DNA from: an uncultured archaeon
GTDB lineage: Archaea > Thermoplasmatota > Penumbrarchaeia > JASLWR01
Assembly: GCA_964342815.1 (NCBI GenBank)
Contig: CAYFHS010000013.1
Coordinates: forward strand, 32,001 to 96,000
Length of the DNA stretch: 64,000 nucleotides
Direction: 5' to 3'
Part shown: positions 35,591 through 46,160 of the stretch, one piece after another
Numbering within the stretch: the stretch's first letter is position 1
Layout of the letters: every line of letters starts with the position of its first letter
Position numbers and translations under genes: made by a program
The notes under the pieces: model-generated
Told to the model about the DNA's origin: nothing
Databases searched by the model: none
The model's input: only the letters and a program-made list of their open reading frames with translations

Positions 35591-36869
35591 GAAAGAAATT
35601 GGCATTGGTTCTTACCTTACCGACACACCTGGGCTGGGAGGTCGGCTTAGATCGATGATCGACGATTTTATCGTTGTGGAGAATTTTATTAAACCTCCCA
35701 TGGATCAAGACGGAACAAATACCGTAGCAGTGGTGAAGGTCAGCAATTGGGAAACCAACCGACTTATTCGACACCTATCGCGCGAGCTGGGGCTCCATCC
35801 AAACAGCATAGGTTTTGCAGGTACCAAAGATAAAAGGGCCGTCACCACGCAGTTAATGTCATTTCCTGTACCGCCCAGTCGTCTGGAAAAACTTGATATC
35901 AAGGACATTTGGATAACGGATTTCTACCGTACTCGAAAGAAAATAACTCTCGGTGATCTTGTTGGGAATTCCTTCGAGATCGCCATAAGGGATTTCCAAG
36001 TGGATTTGGACGAGGTAACGGAAATAATCCAACGTAACATTGAGATCATCGAGAATAACGGCGGATTCCCAAATTTCTTCGGTATTCAACGGTTCGGAGC
36101 CATAAGACCCACGACTCACCTCATGGGGGAGAGGATCGTAAAAAAGGATTTCGAAGGGGCGGTGATGACCTACGTCGGGAATCCCATGGAAGGAGATGAA
36201 GCGCAATCTCGGGAAGCTCGGATACTGGCGGAGGAAACCCGGGATTGGAAAAAGCTCATTGAAGTTTATCCCGCATCATATACTTTTGAGAAAAGCATGA
36301 TAGGCCACCTGATAAAGCGTCCGGACGACTACCTTGGCGCCCTGCGAAAACTGCCATCAAACCTTCTTTTAATGTTTATACACGCGTATCAATCTCATTT
36401 TTTCAATGAGATGGTGACCCGCAGGATACTGCGGAAAATACCGCTTAACGAGGCACAGATTGGCGACATGGTACTGGCAGCTGATATTCGGGGGGTCCCC
36501 GACAGAAAACGTATCATACCGGTAAACGGGAAAAACATCCGAAAAATCCAGCGCCGCATCCATGAAGGAAAGGCATTCATCACCGCGCCGGCCATAGGAA
36601 CTGAGGTCGAACTTGCCGGCGGGGTTCAGGGCGAGATCGAACGCGAAGTACTGGCAGAAGGCAGAGTCGAAAGAAAAAACTTCAACATAACCGATATCTC
36701 ACGCATAAGCTCAAAGGGCATACGGAGAGAGATCGTTGCCCCGGTGAAAAATTTTAGCTGGGAGCTGGATGAAGAACGCATACTTCTGAAATTCGATCTC
36801 TATAAGGGGTGCTATGCTACTTCTCTGTTAAGGGAGTTCATGAAATCGGATAATGTGAGGGATTATTGA
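35565..36869 (+). CDS. truD: tRNA pseudouridine(13) synthase
   Basis: DDFIVVE, GFAGTKDKRAVTTQ, GDLVGNSF, PNFFGIQRFG, FIHAYQSHFFN, FDLYKGCYATSLLREFMK. Confidence 0.95.
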   Translation: MPSMNRKIEKEIGIGSYLTDTPGLGGRLRSMIDDFIVVENFIKPPMDQDGTNTVAVVKVSNWETNRLIRHLSRELGLHPNSIGFAGTKDKRAVTTQLMSFPVPPSRLEKLDIKDIWITDFYRTRKKITLGDLVGNSFEIAIRDFQVDLDEVTEIIQRNIEIIENNGGFPNFFGIQRFGAIRPTTHLMGERIVKKDFEGAVMTYVGNPMEGDEAQSREARILAEETRDWKKLIEVYPASYTFEKSMIGHLIKRPDDYLGALRKLPSNLLLMFIHAYQSHFFNEMVTRRILRKIPLNEAQIGDMVLAADIRGVPDRKRIIPVNGKNIRKIQRRIHEGKAFITAPAIGTEVELAGGVQGEIEREVLAEGRVERKNFNITDISRISSKGIRREIVAPVKNFSWELDEERILLKFDLYKGCYATSLLREFMKSDNVRDY

Positions 36870-36990
36870 ATATCTTTTTTCACCCTTGGCACCATTTGGA
36901 TACTCTCAGGTGATTAACGCGGCAATATTTATAATAGATAATCGGTATTAGCGCCCAGTATTTTAGCTTTAGTTTACCGGGGTTCCGTAA

Positions 36991-37515
36991 ATGGCAAGAA
37001 AACCCAATTCAATGTACAGGCAGGTCAAGAGTCAAGCATATACGCGCCGGAAATATATGGGCGGTGTACCAAACCTTCGGATAGTTCGATTCGAGACCGG
37101 GAACCGAAAGGCCACCTTTCCCATGACCATTACACTGGTTGCAAAGGAGATCTGCCATATAAGACATAATGCTCTCGAGGCTGCCCGTATCACTGCCACG
37201 AGGCACTTGACGAAAAGGATAGGAGCAAAGGCTTTCCACATGAAGATAAGGATTTATCCCCATATCGTGCTTCGTGAGAACAAGCAGGCCACAGGGGCCG
37301 GTGCGGATCGTATCTCACAGGGAATGAGAAGTGCCTTCGGAAAGAACGTGGGAACCGCTGCAAGGGTCAATATCGGGCAGAAACTGATATCGATCCATAC
37401 CGATCCCGCACATTTCTATCAGGCAAAGGATGCTCTCCGGAAAGCCAGCATGAAGTTTCCTACTCCCTGCAAGATTGAGGTAGACCGGGGTAGTGAACTT
37501 ATAAAAGGAATCTGA
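36991..37515 (+). CDS. rpl10e: 50S ribosomal protein L10e (uL16)
   Basis: MARKP..MYR....[54 protein letters not shown]. Confidence 0.96.
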   Translation: MARKPNSMYRQVKSQAYTRRKYMGGVPNLRIVRFETGNRKATFPMTITLVAKEICHIRHNALEAARITATRHLTKRIGAKAFHMKIRIYPHIVLRENKQATGAGADRISQGMRSAFGKNVGTAARVNIGQKLISIHTDPAHFYQAKDALRKASMKFPTPCKIEVDRGSELIKGI

Positions 37516-37667
37516 AATCCCGTGTTGAAAAAAATTCTCAAAATACCTGAACAAAATACATAATCCACTCTATTATAATTAATAAATGTCATCCCATCGA
37601 TAAAAGGAAAAAATATCCCATGAGATGTAATGAAGGACGTCATTTCCGTCCCTGTTGAATTTTCAAT

Positions 37668-37961
37668 CTATTCATCGATTATCTGCATTTCTTCTACTTC
37701 TTCGATCTCGTCCGCTTCTTCTTTAATAACCTCGCCAAAGGCAACCCGTCGAGACACCTTTGTCACCCTGATCTTGATATTATCCCCAACTTGGGTGTTT
37801 GGGACGATAACAACGAAATTCTCGACCTTGGCAATCCCGTCCCCTTCGCGTCCCAGGCTCTCTATTCGTACATCGTACTGTTCGCCCTCCCTCACGGGGG
37901 GGGAGCGCTGCTGGTGCATATTCTGTTCATTCTCATAATACAAATTCTCACCTTTATTCAT
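37668..37961 (-). CDS. Single TRAM-domain RNA chaperone (archaeal cold-shock-like)
   Basis: PVREGEQYDVRIESLGREGDGIAKVENFVVIVPNTQVGD...VTKVSRRVAFGEV. Confidence 0.92.
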   Translation of the reverse strand: MNKGENLYYENEQNMHQQRSPPVREGEQYDVRIESLGREGDGIAKVENFVVIVPNTQVGDNIKIRVTKVSRRVAFGEVIKEEADEIEEVEEMQIIDE

Positions 37962-38164
37962 GTAATTGCCGAGATGACAGTGAAATATAGAAAGCTCGGC
38001 CTGCCATACTATACGGCGGAAAAACTTCCCCTTTCACACCGGACTACTCTGCGGCTATTATGGAAATACAGGAAATGATATTTAAAGGTTTCATTAATCG
38101 AAGCATGCATAGCAAGTATGCTGCAAAACCGTAATTTCCTGCTTATAATCTAGACCTGATGTGA

Positions 38165-41100
38165 TTACAAGGGCTTCTTGGCCACTCGTCGTCGAACCGC
38201 TGTTTTCTTCGCTACCGGGGCAGCTGGGGGCGTTTCTACGGCAGGTGTTTCCGACATTACGTAATCCTGGCAGGGTTCGCACCAGTAACAATCGTATTCT
38301 GAGAAGTATTCCGACGATTTACCACATTTGGGACATGCCGGAGCGCCGCTCGTCTCAGGGATAATGCTCTCGGTCACAACGGGTGGAACATCAGCCTCGG
38401 CCTTTGTTTCATCAGGGGAACCGTACAGGCTCTTGTATACGTCCTCTTCGGGGGATACACGACCCAGGTCCTCTCCTTCATCAGCTTCCTTGCCTCTTAG
38501 GACTAGAGCCAATACCAACCCGCCGATCCCCAAGATCAGGACTATGGCAACGATAATAACTACTATCCACGGAAATTCATTCTTGGATGCCGGTTCATCT
38601 CCACCGGTACCGCCAGTGGGTTCGGTATCATCATCATCCTCTTTCTCTACCTGATTCGGATTGTCCTTTTTGTTCGGATCATATCCCCCGTCGTACTCTT
38701 CAAGGTTTGTAAGATCGTCCCCGTCCGGATCTTCATCGGCGTCCGATTTCGAATTTGGGTCCAGGTCATGTTTCAGCTCCCATCCGTCCGGCATACCGTC
38801 GCGGTCCGAATCCGCCATGGATGGATCGAGGTCTTTCTTAAATTCCTCAAGATTGCTAACGTTATCATCATCCTTATCTTCACTGGCATCGGCGGAGTCT
38901 ACGGGATCGAAACCGTAATCCACTTCCCACCCGTCCGGCATCCCGTCAGAATCGCTGTCCAGCTTCTTGGGGTCGGTTCCAAGTGAATACTCCATCTCGT
39001 TCGAAAGCCCATCGGTGTCATTGTCCATCTTTGCATCATAGGCATATTGTGGATCGAGGCTGTTATTCACCTCCCATCCATCCGGCAGACCGTCTCCGTC
39101 CATGTCGGCATTTGTGGGATCCATATCCCGATTAAACTCCTCCATGTTGGATAAGCCATCCTGATCCTTGTCTCCGGTAGAGTCGAGAGGATCGAGGGGA
39201 TCAAGGTCGTAATTCACCTCCCAGCCGTCCGTCAGGGAGTCACCGTCAGTATCGCTGTCACGTGGATCGGTTCCCGACTCGTATTCCCTGAGATTGTTTA
39301 GCTCGTCCACGTCGGGATCGTCTTCTTCATCTGTGAAGTCCATGGGCGCCAGATTATGTTCCACCTCCCAACCATCCGGCATCCCGTCATGGTCGCTGTC
39401 GGCGGTATCCGGAAACGTTCCCTCCATGAACTCCTGAAGATTGGTCAGGCCGTCGCCGTCACCGTCCAGTCCAGGATCGGTATCTGACAGCGGATCCAAA
39501 CCCATCTCGATCTCCCATCCGTCATCCATGCCGTCGTTATCGGTATCCGCGTTCTTCGGGAGAGTTTGGTGCTGGTATTCTTCGAAGTTCTTCAGACCGT
39601 CATCATCGGGGTCCAGTGAACGGTCGCTGTCCGAATCCATATCCAAATCATGCTCGTCTTCCCACCAGTCAGGCATTCCGTCATCATCCGTATCCTCGTA
39701 AATACCATTGGAAAGTTCAAAGGCCAGTGGCGACATGGCCAAACTCTCCTGCCCCTTGGTATCACGGGCGGTTATCCTTACTTTGTAGGAATCATCATCA
39801 ACCATCCGGGTGGTATCCCATAAGTAGGTACCCGTGTTATCGTGGTTGGAATAAATGATGGAAAAGTCTGCATCATTCCTCGTATATTCGAGCTTGATGG
39901 TAAGATCAGCGTTGTCATCCTTGTCATCGGTGGCGGTCCAGGTGATGGTTTGGTTTCCGTCCCATACCTCCCCACCCACCGGTGAAAGCAAACTGACCAT
40001 GGGTGCAAAATCGTTCTTGATCTCGAAAGTGGGCCCCATGGTTGCCATACTCTCCTTTCCGGCAGAATCCCTGGCCAGTACCTTCAAACGATAATTGCTT
40101 CCATCATCAACGGTTGTAGTGTCCCAGACATAGGATCCTGAATTGGGAATATCCGATACTATGCTTGTCCAGCTGCCGCTTCCCTTTCGGTAATCGATGG
40201 AAATTTCGATGCTATCAGCATCAGGATCGCTAGCAGACCAGTTGATCTGAAGGTTTCCTGTTACAACCTCGGTGCCCACGGGATAATCAATGCTGACCAA
40301 TGGGGCTGCATTGCCGAGATTGATCTGTTGGGATTTTATCACTTTCCTCGCGTGATAGCGATATATTGCCTGACTGATATTTCCTCCCTGCCACGGGTCA
40401 TTATTCTTATCTACCCTGATATCCTCCACTATGACGAAATTAACTTTATAGAGCTCATCCGGTGGGATGGATTTGACCTCAATTGTCGCGTTGATCCAGC
40501 TGTTCGCACCCGCTTTCTTTCCAAACGTTTTAATACCAACGGGACTAGGATTTCCAGATCTGCCGTTTATGTAGCCCTTGTAGGTCGTATCGATGGACGT
40601 TTGATTGGGATTTGTACTACCGCCAATATGACCCACGACACCATCGAAAGTAGTGAATGGGATCGCCCCTCCCCAGTTGTAGAAGTTGAATCTTGCGGTT
40701 GCATCGGCATTGCCAAATCCGTGGGCGCTGCTGGCGGCGTGCCATTCTATCAGAGTATAATGGTCCGGAAAGTAATCGGGATCGCTGACCAATCGGTCAT
40801 GCGCACCGACGGAACCGGGGCAGTAGCCGCACCACGTTGCCGTGAAACACTCGCCCAGAACTCTTTTCTGGGCACCCGTGTCCTTGGTAGAAGTGTCCAG
40901 GAAATCAATGGTAGATTGGATCGCTTCATATGAGTCATACTGTCTCCCGGGGTCATTGTTCATGTTCTTCCTTACCTTGCTTATGCTTTGAACAAAAACA
41001 ACGACACTGACATCGTCGGCATTCCAGGCGGGATCTATGTTGAATGTCTCGTTGAAATAGAATTTCGATCCCACATTTGCCCGCGTGTCCGTGTTCGCAT

Positions 41101-41182
41101 CTTCACTGGCGCTGCTTATGCCAAATGAAGAAAATAATACAACCGTCGATATTATTATCGCCAATATTATCGTGTTTTTCAT
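38165..41182 (-). CDS. Surface protein: circularly permuted Omp28/thioredoxin-like CxxC domain, 2 Ig-like domains, Ca-binding DxDxDG repeats, TM, Zn ribbon
   Basis: Signal peptide; ECFTATWCGYCP; many DSDxDGMPDGWE repeats; TM; CPKC...CYWCEPC; basic tail. Confidence 0.85.
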   Translation of the reverse strand: MKNTIILAIIISTVVLFSSFGISSASEDANTDTRANVGSKFYFNETFNIDPAWNADDVSVVVFVQSISKVRKNMNNDPGRQYDSYEAIQSTIDFLDTSTKDTGAQKRVLGECFTATWCGYCPGSVGAHDRLVSDPDYFPDHYTLIEWHAASSAHGFGNADATARFNFYNWGGAIPFTTFDGVVGHIGGSTNPNQTSIDTTYKGYINGRSGNPSPVGIKTFGKKAGANSWINATIEVKSIPPDELYKVNFVIVEDIRVDKNNDPWQGGNISQAIYRYHARKVIKSQQINLGNAAPLVSIDYPVGTEVVTGNLQINWSASDPDADSIEISIDYRKGSGSWTSIVSDIPNSGSYVWDTTTVDDGSNYRLKVLARDSAGKESMATMGPTFEIKNDFAPMVSLLSPVGGEVWDGNQTITWTATDDKDDNADLTIKLEYTRNDADFSIIYSNHDNTGTYLWDTTRMVDDDSYKVRITARDTKGQESLAMSPLAFELSNGIYEDTDDDGMPDWWEDEHDLDMDSDSDRSLDPDDDGLKNFEEYQHQTLPKNADTDNDGMDDGWEIEMGLDPLSDTDPGLDGDGDGLTNLQEFMEGTFPDTADSDHDGMPDGWEVEHNLAPMDFTDEEDDPDVDELNNLREYESGTDPRDSDTDGDSLTDGWEVNYDLDPLDPLDSTGDKDQDGLSNMEEFNRDMDPTNADMDGDGLPDGWEVNNSLDPQYAYDAKMDNDTDGLSNEMEYSLGTDPKKLDSDSDGMPDGWEVDYGFDPVDSADASEDKDDDNVSNLEEFKKDLDPSMADSDRDGMPDGWELKHDLDPNSKSDADEDPDGDDLTNLEEYDGGYDPNKKDNPNQVEKEDDDDTEPTGGTGGDEPASKNEFPWIVVIIVAIVLILGIGGLVLALVLRGKEADEGEDLGRVSPEEDVYKSLYGSPDETKAEADVPPVVTESIIPETSGAPACPKCGKSSEYFSEYDCYWCEPCQDYVMSETPAVETPPAAPVAKKTAVRRRVAKKPL

Positions 41183-41531
41183 GGTTTCGCCACCGTTTTT
41201 CTTTCAGTATTATTGTTAGATACACAAAGATAAAGGGTCATAATTTCTTTGACCGAATATATATAGATGCACTAATATATTTTTTCATATATTAAATTAG
41301 CTTAATCATAATTTGGGCTAGCGCAAGAATATATTACTATCATTTACAACACATTTAAGACCGATGCCTGATAGAAGAATCCTCGGCCCAGAAACTATGA
41401 ACACCGTTTCCCAAACTCCCAATGAAGGCGCCACGTTCACTGTTATTTGGAAACTTATTTTTTGGCAATCCAATGGCCGGGAAAGTGCTCTCTTTCCATC
41501 AACATGGGTTGGTTCATCTCTCGTTATTCAC

Positions 41532-44492
41532 CTATCTTACCGCTCTCTTAACCACTTTGCGCCGAACGGCAGTAGCAGTTTTCACCGGAGGTAGCAATTC
41601 AAGGGTTTGGTCGTAAACATAATCCTGGCAGGGCCCACACCAATAACAATCATACTCTTGATAGTATTCCGAGGATTTGCCGCATTTGGGGCAAGCAGGT
41701 TTTCTCGGTACACTGCCGTAAATATCGTCCGAGATAACTTCTTCCGATCGCGAAGGTTCCGGTGAAGAACCATACAGATTTGCGTATTCGTCCTGCTGCT
41801 TTTGTTCAGGTGATATGCGGCCCATGTCGTCCCCTTCATCAGAATCTTTCCCCCTGAAAACGATCACTAATACCAGTCCCCCCACCCCCAGAATGAGAAT
41901 TACGACAACTATTATCACCACAACCCATGGGAATCCACTCCCGGAAGCTGGATTTTGGCCTTGTCCGCCGTTGTCCGGGACCGCACCATCATCAACATCA
42001 TCATCATCGTCAGTGGGTTTGTTGGGATTGTCAGCCTCATTAGGATCGAATCCAGCGTCGAATTCCGCGAGATTGGTCATTCCGTCTCCGTCGGCATCGT
42101 CGTCGGCATCGAATTTGGATTTCGGATCCAATCCCATCTGTATTTCCCAGCCGTCAGGCATCCCGTCGCCATCCGTATCTTTCAATGTTGGGTTGGTGTC
42201 TTTTATAAATTCCTCAAGGTTGGTGAGATTGTCCCCATCCGTATCCTCTTCAGCATCAGAGGCTTTAGTGGGATCGAGTGCGTATTTCACCTCCCACCAG
42301 TCCTCTATCTGATCCCCATCCGTATCTTTGTTGAATGGGTCGGTGTTGACCAGATATTCATCATGGTTCGTCAGCTTGTCCGAATCATTATCCATGCTGC
42401 CGTCATAGTAGTTATTGGGGTCCAGATTATATTCGACCTCCCAACCATCGGGGATACCGTCCTTGTCGATATCGGGGTCCGTGGGATCGGTTCCCTCATC
42501 ATATTCTTCCCTGTTGGTGAGACCGTCATCATCTCCATCAACGGTTCCATCCACCTCATCCGTGGGATCGAGCCCGAACTCCACTTCCCAACCATCGGGG
42601 AGACCATCACCATCCGTATCACTGTCGTGCGGGTCCGTATCAACCGTGTATTCTTCCAGGTTGCTGAGTCCGTCCACATCGGGATCAAGCTCTTCGTCCT
42701 CGAAATCCATCGGTAATAGATTATTAGCCACTTCCCAACCATCCGGCATCCCATCGTGATCGCTGTCAGGAGTATCGGAATACGTTCCATGAAGGAACTC
42801 GTCGATGTTCGTAAGATTGTCCCCGTCCGGGTCGAGAGTCGAATCCTGGCCATCCAGGGGAGCAAGGCCCATCTCAACTTCCCAACCATCATCCATACCA
42901 TCCCCGTCACTGTCTGCATTTTTAGGGTCCGTACTGTGCTGATATTCCTCGAAGTTTTTCAAACCATCGTCATCGGGATCCATGTTCCGATCGTTCTCCG
43001 ATGTCTCATCCAGATTATGTTCGTCCTCCCACCAATCGGGCATGCCATCCTCATCCGTGTCCTCGTAAATCCCATTAGCAAGTTCGAAGGTCTTTGGAGA
43101 GGTTACTGTGCTCTCCTGCCCCATGGAATCCCGAGCGGTTATCCTTACTTTATAGGAATCATCGTCAACCATCCGAGTGGTATCCCATGTGAAACCACCT
43201 GTGTTATCGAGATTGGAATAAATGATTGAATAATCTAGTTCATCCCTTGTATATTCGAGTTTTATGGTCAGATCAGCATCGTCATCCAGCTCATCTGTGG
43301 CGGTCCAGGTAATGGTCTGATTCCCGCTCCAGACCTCGTCCCCCAAAGGACTGGTCAAGACGACAACCGGAGGTAGATCGTTATCTATCTCGAAGGAGTC
43401 GGTCATGGTGAATGTCCCCTTCTTGCCCCCATCATCTTCCACTGTGGCTCTCAGAGTATATCCCACCGCATCCACCACCGCAGTGGTATCCCACACATAG
43501 CTGCCTGTGTTCTCGAGATTTGAGGCAATGGGCGTCCATCCGCCGCTGCGGCCATACTCAAGTGAGACAGTAAGAATGTTATCAACATCAACATCCGAAG
43601 CGCTCCACTGTATCGGAAGATCCCCGGCCACCACCTCGCCTCCGGTAGGATTATCTATTGTGATGACGGGAGCGGCGTTCAAACCAAAGAAATGGACCTT
43701 GGATTGCAGCACCTCCTTTGTGGTATCGGATTGTACGAAAACCACGGCGGTCATTTCCTCTTCTTTCCAGCTCCCTCCAATGTTGAAGTTCTTCGATATA
43801 TCGGCGGTATCCCCCTGATTTGAAAGGGAGACCGACACTCCGTTTGCGTTATCCACCATATCCCGGACCGTGAATCGATGATTTGTTTCCCCGTTCGGAG
43901 CATTATATGAGATATTGCTCTCAAGTATCAATATCCTGGCCCTGAGGTTCGAAGCGGATATGGTGTCCAGGGCTTCAATATGAACGTCTATGGATCCCGT
44001 CCCGGTTCCCAGCGATCCGGTAACGTCGATCTTCAATTTACTGGGAATAGCCAACCTGGCGTCCACCTCGGTTTTCAGATCCGTATAATAACTTGTTTGA
44101 AAATTGACCTTCTCACCATCGCAATATACACAGGGAACCGAATTAACCCCGTAATAACTTCTCCTGGCATCGTTCTCGGCTGAATTCGCCGTGTAGAAAG
44201 GATCATTTCCCGCTGGCCAGCTTACGTGATAGCGAACGAGGGAAACCTTTTCTTCCCCATACTCATCCGCTATTCTATCGAAACTGGGATTCGCACCTGC
44301 GCAGGGACCGCATCCCGTATTCGTAAAATCTTCCAGAAGAACAACGCGCTGGGTATTTCCCCTCTCACTTCTCGTATCCGGTTGTTCAGCTGAACCTCCC
44401 TCATCAATGGCTGAAATCGAACCAAATGACGAGAGAAGCATTATTAATCCCAAAATCATTATCAAATAGCGCTTTGGCATCATTTCTATCAC
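41532..44492 (-). CDS. Tandem paralog: Omp28/thioredoxin-like CxxC domain, 2 Ig-like domains, DxDxDG repeats, TM, Zn ribbon
   Basis: VVLLEDFTNTGCGPC, YHVSWPAGNDPF, YYGVNSVP, HRFTVRDM, AVVFVQS...EVLQS; architecture shared with 38165..41182. Confidence 0.87.
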   Translation of the reverse strand: MIEMMPKRYLIMILGLIMLLSSFGSISAIDEGGSAEQPDTRSERGNTQRVVLLEDFTNTGCGPCAGANPSFDRIADEYGEEKVSLVRYHVSWPAGNDPFYTANSAENDARRSYYGVNSVPCVYCDGEKVNFQTSYYTDLKTEVDARLAIPSKLKIDVTGSLGTGTGSIDVHIEALDTISASNLRARILILESNISYNAPNGETNHRFTVRDMVDNANGVSVSLSNQGDTADISKNFNIGGSWKEEEMTAVVFVQSDTTKEVLQSKVHFFGLNAAPVITIDNPTGGEVVAGDLPIQWSASDVDVDNILTVSLEYGRSGGWTPIASNLENTGSYVWDTTAVVDAVGYTLRATVEDDGGKKGTFTMTDSFEIDNDLPPVVVLTSPLGDEVWSGNQTITWTATDELDDDADLTIKLEYTRDELDYSIIYSNLDNTGGFTWDTTRMVDDDSYKVRITARDSMGQESTVTSPKTFELANGIYEDTDEDGMPDWWEDEHNLDETSENDRNMDPDDDGLKNFEEYQHSTDPKNADSDGDGMDDGWEVEMGLAPLDGQDSTLDPDGDNLTNIDEFLHGTYSDTPDSDHDGMPDGWEVANNLLPMDFEDEELDPDVDGLSNLEEYTVDTDPHDSDTDGDGLPDGWEVEFGLDPTDEVDGTVDGDDDGLTNREEYDEGTDPTDPDIDKDGIPDGWEVEYNLDPNNYYDGSMDNDSDKLTNHDEYLVNTDPFNKDTDGDQIEDWWEVKYALDPTKASDAEEDTDGDNLTNLEEFIKDTNPTLKDTDGDGMPDGWEIQMGLDPKSKFDADDDADGDGMTNLAEFDAGFDPNEADNPNKPTDDDDDVDDGAVPDNGGQGQNPASGSGFPWVVVIIVVVILILGVGGLVLVIVFRGKDSDEGDDMGRISPEQKQQDEYANLYGSSPEPSRSEEVISDDIYGSVPRKPACPKCGKSSEYYQEYDCYWCGPCQDYVYDQTLELLPPVKTATAVRRKVVKRAVR

Positions 44493-44749
44493 CTTTCCAA
44501 TAATTGGAATTTATTTTATTATAATAATGTTTGAATTCCGCCGTCGATTTGACGTGGTGAATATATCATTGTTATTATTGTATTTAAACATTCATTAATT
44601 ATTTAATCCCCTAATCCCCTAGCCCTATATGAAGCCTCCATTACGCCAAGTAACTTTGAAAATAATTCAAAAATATTAATAAACTTCAATAGCTTAAAGA
44701 GAAAAAGTGACATCTATTAATTCAAAGGGTATGTCCTCAATCTCGACCA

Positions 44750-46090
44750 TTGGTCACATGGAAATTTATGGGTGGTAATACCAAAATGAAAGGAGATTAC
44801 CTTTACAAGCAGGAGATGCTGCGAAAAGGAATAAAATCATGTATTATCTGGATGGTAATCATAATTGTTTTCACGGGGATCGTATACATGTTATCATTGT
44901 ATCTGATGCCCGATAGCGCAAGGGGTAAGCTTAGTGAAGGGGGGGTAAGCCGGCCTTTCAGCGTACCTTTCTATAAATGCCCGGTTGAGATAGAGATAGA
45001 GATAGTGGGTCTGGCAAATGCAACATTCCATTTGACATGGGAAAACAACGAGACGGATTATCAAAAAAAATTCATAGCCAGAAACGGAACCGGTGAAACA
45101 AGAACTTTTTCCTATGAAGGAGAACTTGAACGGGGAAATTACATTCTTCTGGTGAAACCCGTGAATTCCAAAGACCCGAACCTAACGGAAACTAAAGTAG
45201 ATTTCGGGAAGATCAATGTGTATATCCTAGAACCCCTGATGCTTTACATCTTCATAGGTGCCGGGATCATAGAAGGACTTCTTGCAATATGGCTCGTATC
45301 GATAATAATACGACGCAGGAATGTGGTCAAGGAGATGATCAAAGCAAATACCGGGAAAAAGAGCGGGGATGATTATTTTTCGAGGCTCAACGAAGACCGG
45401 AGTGCTTCCAAGCATACTGAATACGATGAGCTCTTTCCCAAGGACGACGGTATGACATCATTCGAAAAATCCAAAAGTAAGCAGTATACAAATGATGCGT
45501 CGGGACTCTATGCAAATGATTATGAGATGCGAAAACAGAGGAAATCATCTCCAAGAGGGGGAGCTCGCTCAATGCGAGACCGGGAATTTGAACGTGAAAT
45601 AGGGCATTCTTCAGCAGAAACCAGATCAGAGAGAGGGACGCATAGAAGGTCGGGCGAATCCAGACATTCCCATGGCGGCTGGGAGCGGAGCGATGACGGA
45701 AGTGCAGGAAGAAGAGGAGTAGGTGAACGGTCTCGAAAGGGATTAAGTGATAGAAGCCGAAAGGGATTGAGCGATAGAGGCCGAAGGGGAGAGGGAGATA
45801 GATCACGTAGAACGGGTAGGGAGAGGGATCGAAGTGGGCGTGAGGACAGGTCCCGAAAGAGGAGAGCTGAAAGAAGCGCTTCCTATGATATTGAATACAT
45901 ACCGCCATCACCCCGAGGTTCCCCCAGGGAAGATTACCCTTCTGAAAGGTCCTTTGACCATTTCTCTGAGCACAAACCCGTAAGGAGATACGAGCGAAGA
46001 GAAAAAGAGGAGGACGGCATAGACTGGGGTGGATCGGACGAAAACGATGATTATGACGACTATGATGACTACGATGACCCGTATTATTAG
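44750..46090 (+). CDS. Membrane protein (2 TMs flanking an ectodomain) with an Arg/Ser/Asp-rich disordered cytoplasmic tail
   Basis: TM, beta-rich loop, TM; tail RSRKGLSDRSRKGLSDRGRRGEGDRSRR ending in DDYDDYDDYDDPYY; start may be 44788. Confidence 0.78.
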   Translation: MVTWKFMGGNTKMKGDYLYKQEMLRKGIKSCIIWMVIIIVFTGIVYMLSLYLMPDSARGKLSEGGVSRPFSVPFYKCPVEIEIEIVGLANATFHLTWENNETDYQKKFIARNGTGETRTFSYEGELERGNYILLVKPVNSKDPNLTETKVDFGKINVYILEPLMLYIFIGAGIIEGLLAIWLVSIIIRRRNVVKEMIKANTGKKSGDDYFSRLNEDRSASKHTEYDELFPKDDGMTSFEKSKSKQYTNDASGLYANDYEMRKQRKSSPRGGARSMRDREFEREIGHSSAETRSERGTHRRSGESRHSHGGWERSDDGSAGRRGVGERSRKGLSDRSRKGLSDRGRRGEGDRSRRTGRERDRSGREDRSRKRRAERSASYDIEYIPPSPRGSPREDYPSERSFDHFSEHKPVRRYERREKEEDGIDWGGSDENDDYDDYDDYDDPYY

Positions 46091-46160
46091 ATTATGTTCA
46101 TATTAAAAACAATTCAATTTTAAATTTATTTTTTAGGTTTTTATTGAATATGCCAAAATT

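Noticed and set aside
38165-44492. Diversity-generating retroelement TR/VR pair within the similar paralog segments
   Set aside because: Differences look like ordinary, often synonymous divergence rather than adenine-specific changes; no reverse transcriptase seen
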